Positions 1 to 9,661 are shown, numbered from the stretch's first letter. The stretch is DNA of 64,000 bases from an uncultured archaeon (GCA_964421955.1 CAYQYU010000002.1:18755-82754); one strand, 5' to 3'. Numbers and translations are program-made. The notes: a model not told the origin generated them from the sequence alone.

Positions 1-1
1 A

Positions 2-319
2 AAGAGGAAGACCCGGAAGAAATCCCAGGGGTCCAGAGAAGAGAACATCCTTGCCTCGGATTATGGTAAACGCGTCAAGGAGGCCCGGGAAGAGGAAGGC
101 ATCTCGATCAGTGAGCTGGCGGAAGAGCTGAACGAGAAATCGTCGCTCATAAGCAAGATTGAGAAACAGGACCTGAAGCCCGATAAATCGCTCGCCGAAA
201 AGCTCTCGAAAAGACTCGAGATAACTCTCTATACCAATCCCGAGGTAACTGATTACGATTCCCCCGAAGGCGACTCGAGGAAGGCAACCCTTGAGGACGT
301 GGCGAACGTAAAGGACTAG
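2..319 (+). CDS. mbf1: Archaeal multiprotein bridging factor 1 (aMBF1), 5'-truncated by window edge
   Basis: Frame 2 reads ...DYGKRVKEAREEEGISISELAEELNEKSSLISKIEKQDLKPD...ATLEDVANVKD*: Cro-type HTH plus the aMBF1 C-terminal TLxDV motif; not in the ORF track. Confidence 0.85.
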   Translation, partial: KRKTRKKSQGSREENILASDYGKRVKEAREEEGISISELAEELNEKSSLISKIEKQDLKPDKSLAEKLSKRLEITLYTNPEVTDYDSPEGDSRKATLEDVANVKD

Positions 320-780
320 ATTTTGAACTCCTGGTCCAGCATCAGGTGTGACAGCAGCCCGACTCCCAGCGCGATACCGGGGATAGGAGTTGCGACCACG
401 AATATTCCTGCGATGGTCGCCAGGGACATGGCCGTAACAGCGAAACTAAGTGTGTGCGTGATGCCACGGTGCCTGATTTCGAGCCGGGAGAGCAGGAGGT
501 AGACTCCAAGGAATGCCGCGATCGCCGCAGCGAAGCGGAACGGGACAGGCAATGGTAGAAGAAAGGTCACGAGTCCGGCCGCGACGCTCAGGAATGACTT
601 GACCGCCCGGTGAACGTAGGAATTCTTGTGGTCGATATCAGGAATTATCGAGCCAAGGAAGACCGCGAGAACGGAGATCGCTACCTCGACTTCTCCGAGC
701 ACGAGAAGGTCTTTCAGGCCGTACGCCACGAATACTGCGACAAGCAGTCCAAAAAGCACGTGCTCGCTGAAGTCACCCAT
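316..780 (-). CDS. Membrane metal-dependent hydrolase (YdjM-like)
   Basis: N-terminal H, PDIDH, HRGITH and SHLMLD motifs with TM helices. Confidence 0.85.
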   Translation of the reverse strand: MGDFSEHVLFGLLVAVFVAYGLKDLLVLGEVEVAISVLAVFLGSIIPDIDHKNSYVHRAVKSFLSVAAGLVTFLLPLPVPFRFAAAIAAFLGVYLLLSRLEIRHRGITHTLSFAVTAMSLATIAGIFVVATPIPGIALGVGLLSHLMLDQEFKI

Positions 781-810
781 CCTGAACTATTTCTCGATCC
801 TGGCTTAAGT

Positions 811-1010
811 TTCCGTTGCAAACCACCCTTAGACCGTGGAGGATGACCTCCCCACTGGGCCCGCAGACGTCTAGCTCCGACCCCTCAGACGCAAATTTAA
901 AAATCTCAGGGCTCAAGGCCTTTTTGACGTGATCTAATGCAGGGTGGGCGTTTTCACTCCGGCAAGCTTTGCAGCCCCTGAAGACCTTCTGGACAGTTCA
1001 AGTTCTACCC
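811..1010 (-). ncRNA. Candidate structured non-coding RNA, family unassigned
   Basis: Non-coding gap with nested long-range pairings (GCAAA/TTTGC, CCACCCT/AGGGTGG, TTAGATC/GGTCTAA, ACGTC/GACGT) and a GGAGG/CCTCC hairpin; G-U wobbles favour the minus strand. Confidence 0.35.
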
Positions 1011-1067
1011 GATGGGAAAACCGGTTTAAAATCCCGCAGAGTAAACCCGTTTCAGGAGTTGGGCAGA

Positions 1068-2366
1068 ATGACTGAAATCAAGGGACTGAAAGGATTCTAC
1101 GACCGCTACCCGGATGAATTTGGGTCATGGCGGGAACTTATCGATACAGTTGAGGAGACAGCAAGGGAGTTCGGTTTCCGTGAGATAGACACTCCAAGCG
1201 TTGAAAAGACCGATCTTTTCCGGGTGAAGTCTGGCGAGGAGCTGCTCGACCAGATGTACCGTTTCGAGGATAAAGGCGGCAGGGACGTTTCCCTCATACC
1301 GGAACAGACTCCTACCCGCTCTCGATTAGTCCAGTCACGCAAAGACCTAAAGTCGCCGATCAAGTGGTTTGACACCTCGAAGCGGTGGAGGTACGAGAAC
1401 GTCCAGAAAGGTCGCGATAGAGAATTCTTCCAGACTGACATCGATACCTTTGGAGTTGAATCCGTCGAGGCCGACGCAGAAGTTATCGCGTGTGCCGCCA
1501 CGATCTACAAGAAGCTCAACCTAGAGGATCGTGTGAAGTTTAAACTGAATGATAGAAAGCTACTGGAATCGATACTTGAGGCCCATGGAATCGGCAACGC
1601 TGAAGAAGTGATGCAGGTTATCGATGATAGGGAGAAGATGTCCAGGGAAGAGTTCCTTGGGGAGCTTGAAGATGCAGGCCTGGGATCCGGGAAGGCGGAG
1701 GAAGTTGAGGAAATAACTTCGATCTCCGGACCAATAGCGGAAAGGATCGATGAGCTGAAGCAGCAGGCGCCCGGAGATGCACAGGACGCAGTTGAAAGAA
1801 TCGGAGACCTTTCCAGGGCGCTTGAGTCATATGGTGTCGCCGAGATGTGCGAACTCGACCTTTCAATCGTACGCGGACTCGCTTACTACACTGGCCTGGT
1901 GTTCGAGGCCTTTGACAGCAAGGGCGAGCTTCGGGCGCTTTTCGGTGGTGGCCGATACGACTCGCTTGTGGGTCTTTTTGGCTCACGGGAAGTTCCTGCG
2001 GTAGGCTTCGCCTTTGGTTACTCCCCTACCGTGGAGCTTCTCAGGAAGGAAGACCGGTGGCCTCTGAGAAGCATCGAGACCGATGTCTACGTTCTGAGCG
2101 TGTCCCAGTCAGTCAGAGATCGTGCCCTCGAATATGCACGGGAGTTGAGGGCCCGCGGCCTATCTGTCGAGACCGATCTAAAGGACCGGGGTTTTGGTGA
2201 CCAGCTAGATTATGCGGACTCGGTGAATGCAAAGCGTGTCCTTGTGGTTGGAGAAAGAGACCTTGAGAAAGGCGAGGTCACGATGAAGCACATGGATGCC
2301 GGCGAGGAAGAGAATATTGGAGAAGATGAAGTCATAGAGCACCTGGAGTCTGAGGGCTTCTTCTAG
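1068..2366 (+). CDS. hisS: Histidine--tRNA ligase
   Basis: LIPEQTP, WRYENVQKGRDREFFQ, IVRGLAYYTG and GGGRYD motifs; ATG at 1068 preferred over TTG at 969. Confidence 0.97.
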   Translation: MTEIKGLKGFYDRYPDEFGSWRELIDTVEETAREFGFREIDTPSVEKTDLFRVKSGEELLDQMYRFEDKGGRDVSLIPEQTPTRSRLVQSRKDLKSPIKWFDTSKRWRYENVQKGRDREFFQTDIDTFGVESVEADAEVIACAATIYKKLNLEDRVKFKLNDRKLLESILEAHGIGNAEEVMQVIDDREKMSREEFLGELEDAGLGSGKAEEVEEITSISGPIAERIDELKQQAPGDAQDAVERIGDLSRALESYGVAEMCELDLSIVRGLAYYTGLVFEAFDSKGELRALFGGGRYDSLVGLFGSREVPAVGFAFGYSPTVELLRKEDRWPLRSIETDVYVLSVSQSVRDRALEYARELRARGLSVETDLKDRGFGDQLDYADSVNAKRVLVVGERDLEKGEVTMKHMDAGEEENIGEDEVIEHLESEGFF

Positions 2367-2797
2367 CCGTCGGACCTCTCGAGTTCTCTCTTGTGATCCT
2401 CGAGTTTTCGCCTGTTGGATTTCAGGAACTCCAGTATCTGCTGGAAATCGTGGATGTTAAGGCCCTCGATGTCTAGACGGGAGTCGTCGAACCTCTCTAT
2501 GTAGCCGTTGTCCCTGAGCGCTTTGATGCCCTTGCCAAACGCTGTTCGGTCGAAATCGAAGTCCACCTTTTCACCGATGTTTTTCACCCGGGGATGTGCT
2601 CTCCCGTACTGGAAGTTCCCATTTTCATCCCAGTAACCACATTCCCTGATACCCTGGTATATCTTGTCTATGTTGTTCATCAGGCTTGTGAACCTTCTCC
2701 TGTTCTCGTCATCGTCTTCAAGGTACCGCTGGAACTTCTCAAGCACTTCTTCCTTGCTGTAGGAGGACATGGCTTCAACCAGAGTTTGGGCAGACAA
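2363..2797 (-). CDS. Hypothetical protein, possible winged-helix
   Basis: 144 aa charged ORF; FGKGIKALRDNGYIE resembles a wHTH recognition helix and wing. Confidence 0.6.
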   Translation of the reverse strand: MSAQTLVEAMSSYSKEEVLEKFQRYLEDDDENRRRFTSLMNNIDKIYQGIRECGYWDENGNFQYGRAHPRVKNIGEKVDFDFDRTAFGKGIKALRDNGYIERFDDSRLDIEGLNIHDFQQILEFLKSNRRKLEDHKRELERSDG

Positions 2798-2812
2798 CGG
2801 TTAAAGTTTTTT

Positions 2813-3193
2813 CTAGAACTCTGAAAGGTTTTTCTGCCTCTCCTCTTTTTCTTCCATGTAGAAGTTGTATTCCCGTGCGACCCAGCGGGAGAGAAGATCC
2901 ACAATCGAGTCCACCTGCTGGTTGGTCAGTTCCTTGTTTTCCGGTATGCTGTGAGAGAGCGAGAGTTCCTCTCTTGAAGCTGCGTTACAGGCATGCATCG
3001 CCTTGTAGACCGGGTTTCCACCTACCGGTGTCTGTGCACCGTCATTCTCCGGTTGCTTCATCAGTTTTTCTTCGACTATTTTCCGGGCCTGGTTCCTGAT
3101 AGCGCCTATACCTATCTCCCTGATCAGGTGAATATCGTTCTCGTCCAGCCTCGGTCTTGTGGCGTCTCTCCCGGGAAGTTTGAGTCTACGCAT
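2813..3193 (-). CDS. DUF4186-like protein lacking the Cys cluster
   Basis: PENDGAQTPVGGNPVYKAMHA matches the DUF4186 NDGxQTP..GHPVF.AQHA motif. Confidence 0.75.
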   Translation of the reverse strand: MRRLKLPGRDATRPRLDENDIHLIREIGIGAIRNQARKIVEEKLMKQPENDGAQTPVGGNPVYKAMHACNAASREELSLSHSIPENKELTNQQVDSIVDLLSRWVAREYNFYMEEKEERQKNLSEF

Positions 3194-3240
3194 GTCCAGA
3201 ATTTGACTCTTTAACGTTTTAACAGTGGAGACAGAAGAGT

Positions 3241-3672
3241 TCAGCGGCTTTCTCTTTTCTCGGCAGCTATCTTGAGCTCCGTGAGACCCTGCTCCAGCAG
3301 CTGTGCGAGACTCTTGTCAGCATCGCTGAGTTTCCGGTTCACGGCGTCGGCCTCTTCAAACTTCTCCTTCCTGAAAAGGTTCACGTAGAGTTTCACCGCC
3401 TGTTTCGGATTCGATACCTGATGGTTGAGATCCACCATAACTGTCATGAAGGTCTCAAGGTCTCCCCGGTTTTTCAGGAACTCCAGGAGCAGCCTCTCAA
3501 ATTTCCCGTAAATATTGCTGTCCCTGGAACTTATACTCCTCTCTGTACCGAAGGCATCCTGTCCTTTACCGAAGTTCGGATCACCGTGTTGCTCCGCTAT
3601 CTGGTTCAGTATATTCCTGATCTCCGAGTACTTTTTCTTCGAATTTCCGAACAGAAATCCTTTGATACTCAT
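3241..3672 (-). CDS. Hypothetical protein
   Basis: 143 aa ORF co-oriented with the two downstream genes. Confidence 0.65.
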   Translation of the reverse strand: MSIKGFLFGNSKKKYSEIRNILNQIAEQHGDPNFGKGQDAFGTERSISSRDSNIYGKFERLLLEFLKNRGDLETFMTVMVDLNHQVSNPKQAVKLYVNLFRKEKFEEADAVNRKLSDADKSLAQLLEQGLTELKIAAEKRESR

Positions 3673-3726
3673 AGCATAAACCCCGGGACACGGCTTAATA
3701 AAGATTCGATAAACCCTTCGAACATA

Positions 3727-4923
3727 ATGCCCTACAAAATTGGACTCGTTGGAAAACCATCCGTAGGCAAGTCAACGTTCTTTAACGCAGCGACCATGAA
3801 CACCGTCGAGGAGGGGAACTATCCATTCACAACTATCGAGCCCTCTGTTGGAGAGGCGTATGTCCGCGTGAAATGTGCGGCTCCTGATTTTGACGAAGAA
3901 TGTGATCCCAGCGTCGGCTTCTGCAAAAAAGGGACACGTTTCGTCCCGGTCCAGCTCGTGGATGTCGCAGGTTTGATTCCCGGAGCCCACGAAGGAAAGG
4001 GCCTGGGAAACAAGTTCCTGACTGATCTCAACGAGGCAGACGTACTTGTCCATATTGTCGATTTCTCGGGCAAGACTGACGAGGAGGGTGAGCCAACGGA
4101 CAGTCATGATCCCCGGGAGGATATCGACTTCCTTGAGGAAGAGCTGGACATGTGGTACCTGGAGATACTTGAGAAGGGGATCGAGCGTTTCGAAAACAAG
4201 CAACGGCAACCAGATGTCAAGCTGGAGGAAGAACTTGCCGAGCAGATGTCGGCGTTCAAGATTGGGAAGAACAGGGTGAAACAGTTGATACTTTCAGAGG
4301 ACCTGAGCCTGGAGCCAGACGACTGGAGCCCTGAGGAAAGGAAGTCACTGGCCCGGTCAATCCGGAAGGAGACGAAGCCAATGGTCATCGCCGCGAACAA
4401 GATGGATGATGAGGAGGCGAGGGAGAACTACGAGGAAATTAAAGATGATCCCGATTATAAGGACCTGACGATTGTCCCGTGTTCCGCCCATGCCGAGAAG
4501 GCGCTGAAGAATGCCTCGGAAAGGGGAGTTATTGACTATATCCCCGGGGACGATGAATTCGAGATCGAGGAGGAAATTTCGGGCAAGCAACAGGAAGGCC
4601 TGGAGAATATCAGGGAGTTCATCAACAGCTATGGGGGTACCGGTGTTCAGGAGGCGCTTGAGACCGCGCTTTTCGATGAGCTTGGAGTCATCGCGGTATT
4701 TCCAGGAGGCGCGGACGGTCTCGGCGACGAGCACGGTAACATACTGCCCGACTGCTTTCTAGTGCCCGGGAACGCGACTGCGGAAGACTTTGCGTTCGAA
4801 ATTCATTCCGATATCGGCGAGGGCTTTCTCCACGCGATTGACTGCCGGGAGAACAGACAGATAGGAGCCGATCAAGAACTCGAGCACCGGGACGTTATAG
4901 AGATCGTTTCCGCGAACCAGTAG
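3727..4923 (+). CDS. ychF: YchF/Obg-family P-loop NTPase with TGS domain (archaeal type)
   Basis: GKPSVGKST, YPFTT, DVAG, ANKMD motifs and C-terminal TGS; start ATG 3727 (MPYKIGLVG). Confidence 0.93.
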   Translation: MPYKIGLVGKPSVGKSTFFNAATMNTVEEGNYPFTTIEPSVGEAYVRVKCAAPDFDEECDPSVGFCKKGTRFVPVQLVDVAGLIPGAHEGKGLGNKFLTDLNEADVLVHIVDFSGKTDEEGEPTDSHDPREDIDFLEEELDMWYLEILEKGIERFENKQRQPDVKLEEELAEQMSAFKIGKNRVKQLILSEDLSLEPDDWSPEERKSLARSIRKETKPMVIAANKMDDEEARENYEEIKDDPDYKDLTIVPCSAHAEKALKNASERGVIDYIPGDDEFEIEEEISGKQQEGLENIREFINSYGGTGVQEALETALFDELGVIAVFPGGADGLGDEHGNILPDCFLVPGNATAEDFAFEIHSDIGEGFLHAIDCRENRQIGADQELEHRDVIEIVSANQ

Positions 4924-4931
4924 ATAAGAAA

Positions 4932-5567
4932 TTAGAAGAGGCTGGAGAACCAGCTGAAGAGTCCTTGAAGCAATCCTCCCTGGCTGTCTCCGTCGTTATC
5001 GTATTCTTCCCGGGGTTCAGACACCCATTCAGGTCTTTCCAGAGTATCTACTGTCTCGCCGTTATGCTGGACCTCGAGCCGGAACGGCTCGCCAGTGAAT
5101 GTTTCACTCGTCTCGAAGCTGGCCATGTACTCTATACCAGAGATGACCTGTATGCACGCGGTCTGGCTGTCGAGTTCGTCCCTAACCGTCCTTATGTTCA
5201 AGGTGTAGGAATTGTTGTTCCCTCCCTCGATTTCGTGTTCAATCACGTGGCAGGGTGTCGGAGCTGTTATCCGGCCGTTAAAGCTTACTTTTTTCTTCCC
5301 GTCACGGGAATAGCTGACGTTGAAGATCGCGTTACCGGTATCTGTTGAAGAGCGGTTGACCATGGAAACCTCTGTCCTGTACTCGGTGCCGTTCGCTCCC
5401 ACGGCTGTGGTCGCAGATGCGCTTGAACTTGTACTGCCTGTCGCCCCACTCATTATGCAGGCATGGCCTGGTGGACAGTCCGGTTTTGAACCGTTTTCGT
5501 ACGCTATTCCTGCAGCTAGACTTACAAAGATTAACAGAGATGCCGCGAGCAAGAGTTCTCGTCTCAT
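4932..5567 (-). CDS. Secreted protein with PrcB-C-like beta domain
   Basis: Signal peptide; GRITAPTPCH...ACIQVI; amphipathic LFSWFSSLF tail. Confidence 0.7.
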   Translation of the reverse strand: MRRELLLAASLLIFVSLAAGIAYENGSKPDCPPGHACIMSGATGSTSSSASATTAVGANGTEYRTEVSMVNRSSTDTGNAIFNVSYSRDGKKKVSFNGRITAPTPCHVIEHEIEGGNNNSYTLNIRTVRDELDSQTACIQVISGIEYMASFETSETFTGEPFRLEVQHNGETVDTLERPEWVSEPREEYDNDGDSQGGLLQGLFSWFSSLF

Positions 5568-5627
5568 ACACATTTCTTCCCGTTCCCGGCTTTATAAGAG
5601 CTTATTCACTGTTCGATCTGGATCGAA

Positions 5628-6593
5628 TTAGTCCCACTGCACTATCCCTCTGTCATCGTAGAGCTGCGGGTAGGTTCTCCGGGTCCAGCGCTCGAAATCT
5701 CCGATCTCTTCCTGGACCTCGGCTCCTGCTGCTCCGGCCTTCTCCTCTACTGTTCCTGTTATCTCGTCGTCTGTATTCTCTGGTCTCAGTTGGGGGTGGT
5801 AGTCGGGATCTATCCTGACCAGTCCCTGGCCGTCATACCACTGGGGGAATGTCTTCATTGTCCATTCCTCAAGTTGCCGGTCAAGACCTCCTGCGTCTTC
5901 AGCCAGTCCTCTATCTCCAGTTTCTTCCTCTACCTGGTCGGCCTCCTGCCCGGTTCGCTCGCCGATGCTTCTACCTTCCTTCATGCCGGCTAGGGCAGGA
6001 CTGTAACCCGGGGACTGTATGCGCTGTATCTTGGTCCCGTTATGGTAGATTTCCAGCGCAAAGTCGTCCTGGAACTGGAACAGGCCCTGGTAGTGAACCC
6101 GTCCCTTACAGGTCTGCCCGTCCTGCTGCTGGGGCTCCGTGAACTGGATGTTCATCCTGTAGAGGTTCTCCTGGACTCCGGAGGCATCCGCAACCTCGAA
6201 GTCAAGCCCGGACTCCGGACTTGGAGTCTCTATAACTCCCCTGAAGTTGGCTTCCCGGGCATTGTCTTGCGATGAGAACTGGACGTCCGCCAGTCCCTCT
6301 CTGCTCTGTTGGCCCATGCAGCTGGAATCCACCTTCCAGACATCCATCCACGGCGCAGGACCTCCCTGTGACCGTAGCGGCTGCAGATGTGGCTTGACCG
6401 GGAAACTTGCTGTGCTCTCGTTTTCCCTGTACTCCCAGGTTGCGTTGGATTGCTGGTTCATTCCCTTCTGGTCAGGCATGTTACTCTGGTTAGTCATATT
6501 CGACTGGCTTTGCTCTTGGGCGGCCACTGCTCCCACAGAAATTGAGAATACGAGGAACAGGGCGGATGCGGTGAGGAGAACTTGTCTTCTCAT
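5628..6593 (-). CDS. Secreted protein, paralogous domain to 4932-5567, with C-terminal repeat
   Basis: Signal peptide; FRGVIETPSP...LEIYHNG aligns with FNGRITAPTP...LEVQHNG. Confidence 0.7.
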   Translation of the reverse strand: MRRQVLLTASALFLVFSISVGAVAAQEQSQSNMTNQSNMPDQKGMNQQSNATWEYRENESTASFPVKPHLQPLRSQGGPAPWMDVWKVDSSCMGQQSREGLADVQFSSQDNAREANFRGVIETPSPESGLDFEVADASGVQENLYRMNIQFTEPQQQDGQTCKGRVHYQGLFQFQDDFALEIYHNGTKIQRIQSPGYSPALAGMKEGRSIGERTGQEADQVEEETGDRGLAEDAGGLDRQLEEWTMKTFPQWYDGQGLVRIDPDYHPQLRPENTDDEITGTVEEKAGAAGAEVQEEIGDFERWTRRTYPQLYDDRGIVQWD

Positions 6594-6736
6594 ACGCGAA
6601 GACTCTCTTTGAGGGTTTAAATACAACAGTTAACTCCTCTGTACATGTTTCGCTGGAGGCCGTTTCCGATGTCAAAAACCACGACTCTCCTATAAAGATT
6701 GGGGTTCAAAACGTTCTGTAGAGGAAAGTTTTCGTT

Positions 6737-7870
6737 ATGAGTTTTTCAGATCTTGACATATCAAGTGAAGTTGTAGATAACCTAGAAGAACACGGTATCA
6801 CGGAACCTACCGAGGTACAGGAAAAATCTATTCCATACGTGCTCGCAAGCATGGACGTCCTGGTCGAGTCAGAGACCGGCTCCGGAAAGACGCTCGCATT
6901 CTCACTCCCAATAATTGAACGTGTCTCGGGAGAACGGACACAGGCACTGATTCTTTCACCCACAAGGGAGCTCGCGAAGCAGATCTCGGAGGAGATTGAC
7001 AAGGCCGCTACGGATAATGTTGAAACAGTTACTATCTACGGGGGAGTATCTTACGGCCCACAGGTAAAGGGTGCAAAGACTGCCAATATCGTTGTCGGGA
7101 CACCGGGAAGAGTGCTTGACCTGTTGAAGCAGAACAAGTTACAGGTCGGCGACCTTGATTACCTGGTTCTGGATGAAGCGGACAGGATGCTCGACATGGG
7201 ATTCCAGGACGAGCTGGAGGCGATAATTGATTTCTGCCCGAGAGAAAGGCAGAACCTTCTTTTCGGGGCGACCATCCCAAGCGACCTGAAGAAGATGTGC
7301 GACAAGTACGACATTGATCCTGAAACGATCCGGATCAAGTCGAAACAGCATACGAGAAACCTGAGCGAGAAGTACGTCGACACGAAACGGAACCGGAAGC
7401 TGTCGATGCTATACACTCTACTCAAAGACCGGGAACGAGATCTCTCCCTGGTTTTCTGCCGGACGAAGAATACCACCCGGTGGCTTGCGGACAAGCTCCG
7501 GAAGAACGGTATAGACGCGCAAGAGCTGAACGGCGACATGTCCCAGCACCAGCGCGAGAAGACCGTTGAAAAGTTTGAAAACGGCGAGATCAAGGTCATC
7601 GTCGCGACGGATGTCGCGGCAAGAGGACTTGATATTGACGGCATCTCCCATGTTTTCAATTACGATGTTCCCGACAAGTTTGACACCTACACCCACCGTA
7701 TAGGCCGTGCGGGGAGACAGGGAGAGGACGGTGAGGCGGTCACGCTGCTTGAAAAGGATGACCACCGGCAGTTCCGGAAGATCAAGCGCAGGAAGAAGGG
7801 CGTCAAGAACTCGACGAAGATCGAGAGGATTGACAAGGACGAACTCGACCTGAAAAAGGCAAGAACCTGA
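6737..7870 (+). CDS. DEAD-box RNA helicase
   Basis: Q motif, ETGSGKT, PTRELA, DEAD, ARGLD, HRIGR. Confidence 0.97.
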   Translation: MSFSDLDISSEVVDNLEEHGITEPTEVQEKSIPYVLASMDVLVESETGSGKTLAFSLPIIERVSGERTQALILSPTRELAKQISEEIDKAATDNVETVTIYGGVSYGPQVKGAKTANIVVGTPGRVLDLLKQNKLQVGDLDYLVLDEADRMLDMGFQDELEAIIDFCPRERQNLLFGATIPSDLKKMCDKYDIDPETIRIKSKQHTRNLSEKYVDTKRNRKLSMLYTLLKDRERDLSLVFCRTKNTTRWLADKLRKNGIDAQELNGDMSQHQREKTVEKFENGEIKVIVATDVAARGLDIDGISHVFNYDVPDKFDTYTHRIGRAGRQGEDGEAVTLLEKDDHRQFRKIKRRKKGVKNSTKIERIDKDELDLKKART

Positions 7871-7881
7871 GTCATAGGGAC

Positions 7882-7992
7882 TTAAGACCAGGCCAGGAGG
7901 GTCGCGCCGAAGAGCTTGAATGCCCCGATTATTGCGATCACCATGAAGAACATCAGGATCGCGTAAACCTTCACCTTGTCTTCCAGAGTCAT
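7882..7992 (-). CDS. Small single-TM protein (36 aa)
   Basis: MTLEDKVKVYAILMFFMVIAIIGAFKLFGATLLAWS*; TATA-like TTTATA about 30 nt upstream; below the ORF-track cutoff. Confidence 0.6.
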   Translation of the reverse strand: MTLEDKVKVYAILMFFMVIAIIGAFKLFGATLLAWS

Positions 7993-8161
7993 TAGACCTG
8001 TTAAACCTTTCTCTTCTAGCTGTATAAAAATTCTCTTTTTCAGCCCCTCTCTGTGGGCGATAAAGTTTAGTCTGAATAAAAGATGCCGGGTCGAAAACCA
8101 CTGGTCTACCTTTTAAAGCTTCGGTTCTATCTGAGCTTATTCAAGGAGGTGTATTTATTCT

Positions 8162-8356
8162 ATGAAAGGTACAGTCAAGTTCTTCCATGACAGGAAGAAC
8201 TACGGTTTCATCGAGACAGATGAGATGGACGACGACGTATTCTTCCACGACAGCGAAGTCGAAGACGGTCTGACAGTTGAAGAAGGGACCGAAGTCGAGT
8301 TCGAGCAGGAAGAAGGCGACCGTGGACCAAAGGCAGTCAGCGTAACAGAAGCTTAA
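8162..8356 (+). CDS. csp: Cold-shock protein
   Basis: GTVKFF..KNYGFI..DVFFH..GPKA; GGAGGTG SD upstream; T-rich terminator downstream. Confidence 0.97.
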   Translation: MKGTVKFFHDRKNYGFIETDEMDDDVFFHDSEVEDGLTVEEGTEVEFEQEEGDRGPKAVSVTEA

Positions 8357-8473
8357 ACCGCAAGGTTTGCTTCTGTCCACATATCTATCCTATCTTTTTC
8401 TTCAGTTTTACTCGATAATTCCTTGTGTGTCCATCCGCCAGTAATTAAATATGTGCTCTACAATATATGTTCT

Positions 8474-9121
8474 GTGTCAGGGACCAGAGATCACGGCCCG
8501 GAAGAAGAATTTCTCGACCAGTTCGACAGCTTCGGCGGCTCAGTTATGACACTGGAGCAGCACGCCGGTAACTATGTTGATGCGCTGGGCCAGCACCTGT
8601 CCGGATCTCATAATGAAAACCCGGGGCTTGAGATGGCGGTCGAAAATGTTGCGTGGTCGCTGGAGAGGGTTTGGGATGAGATGGAGAGGATTGGCCGGAA
8701 TATTTCAGAACGGGAGATGACGGCGACCGTGAGGTACAACGGTGATCTTGCAGCTATCGACTTGGATGAACCTGTGGAGGCCAACGGTGAAAACTACTGT
8801 CCTCTCGATGAGTTCAGGGACATCGTGTTCATCTCCCACCATATGAACCGGGAAGGCCTGGAGATAGCCGGAGAAGATGGTAACGGAACGATCCAGGCAA
8901 TGATAACTGCCTCGGAAGATCTTGTCAATTCCTACCAAATGCTTGAAAAACAGTATGATCGACTTCTGTCGGCGGAGCTCCTGGCCCGCAAATATTTTGA
9001 CACAGGAGAAGTCCTGGAACCTTACGAGGTCGAGCCACCGCTGTACAGTATGCTTAACAACACTGAACACCAGGAAAAGCTCAATCGACTCAATAGCAGG
9101 ATTAAGGAGGACGGAACCTAG
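8474..9121 (+). CDS. Hypothetical acidic protein (start uncertain)
   Basis: Long acidic ORF. Confidence 0.65.
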   Translation: MSGTRDHGPEEEFLDQFDSFGGSVMTLEQHAGNYVDALGQHLSGSHNENPGLEMAVENVAWSLERVWDEMERIGRNISEREMTATVRYNGDLAAIDLDEPVEANGENYCPLDEFRDIVFISHHMNREGLEIAGEDGNGTIQAMITASEDLVNSYQMLEKQYDRLLSAELLARKYFDTGEVLEPYEVEPPLYSMLNNTEHQEKLNRLNSRIKEDGT

Positions 9122-9304
9122 AGCTCAAGATGTAAGCGTTCTTCTCCAGCAAATCTAATGTTCAGAGTGAGATCATCGCCCAGCTGTATCTCGTTGTACT
9201 CTGAGCTTCCTGAAAGTTTCATCCAAAATATGTCGCTAGCAATTAATAATGCATTAAAAGCTTTCTGGAGGCCATACTTAGTTTTTCACCACCGTTCTAT
9301 TCCT

Positions 9305-9643
9305 ATGACCGGCGACTTCAACGAGACGGTTGCAGGGCTGCTTGAGGACAACGGAGCGGTGAACCGCTTCTCGATCCACGAGGAACGAGGGCACGCGAGC
9401 GCAGTCGCCCACTCGCGGGCGGGAATAGACGAGAAGAACAGGATAGTCAGCGACCCCCTGTCCGAGGGCTACGATGTCACCTATGAGGGAACCTGGTACG
9501 GATGGGAACACTATATCATCCAAGACGTGGATCCGGGAGACGTTCCCGGTGATCTTGACAAACTTGTTCCGGAGTACAGGAGCGAGGCCCCTGACTCCTA
9601 CACCGTCCCGAGCTTCAGCGAATGGCTTGAAGACAGGGAATAA
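9305..9643 (+). CDS. Hypothetical protein
   Basis: Acidic composition from ATG 9305. Confidence 0.65.
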   Translation: MTGDFNETVAGLLEDNGAVNRFSIHEERGHASAVAHSRAGIDEKNRIVSDPLSEGYDVTYEGTWYGWEHYIIQDVDPGDVPGDLDKLVPEYRSEAPDSYTVPSFSEWLEDRE

Positions 9644-9661
9644 AATGCTGGACAACAATTT

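Noticed and set aside
811-1010. RNase P RNA or SRP RNA
   Set aside because: No GAGGAA.UC or ACAGAA conserved regions, and no SRP helix-8 CAGG-GNRA-AGCA motif on either strand; left unassigned
1106-1986. Antisense ORFs inside hisS (and similar ones throughout the window)
   Set aside because: Ser/Phe/Leu-rich mirrors of Glu/Lys codons, as expected of shadow ORFs
3421-3726. N-terminal extensions in the ORF track (also 969-1067, 32848-33234, 28541-28645, 54267-54494)
   Set aside because: They overlap opposite-strand genes or promoters; the family sequence or acidic composition begins at downstream ATGs
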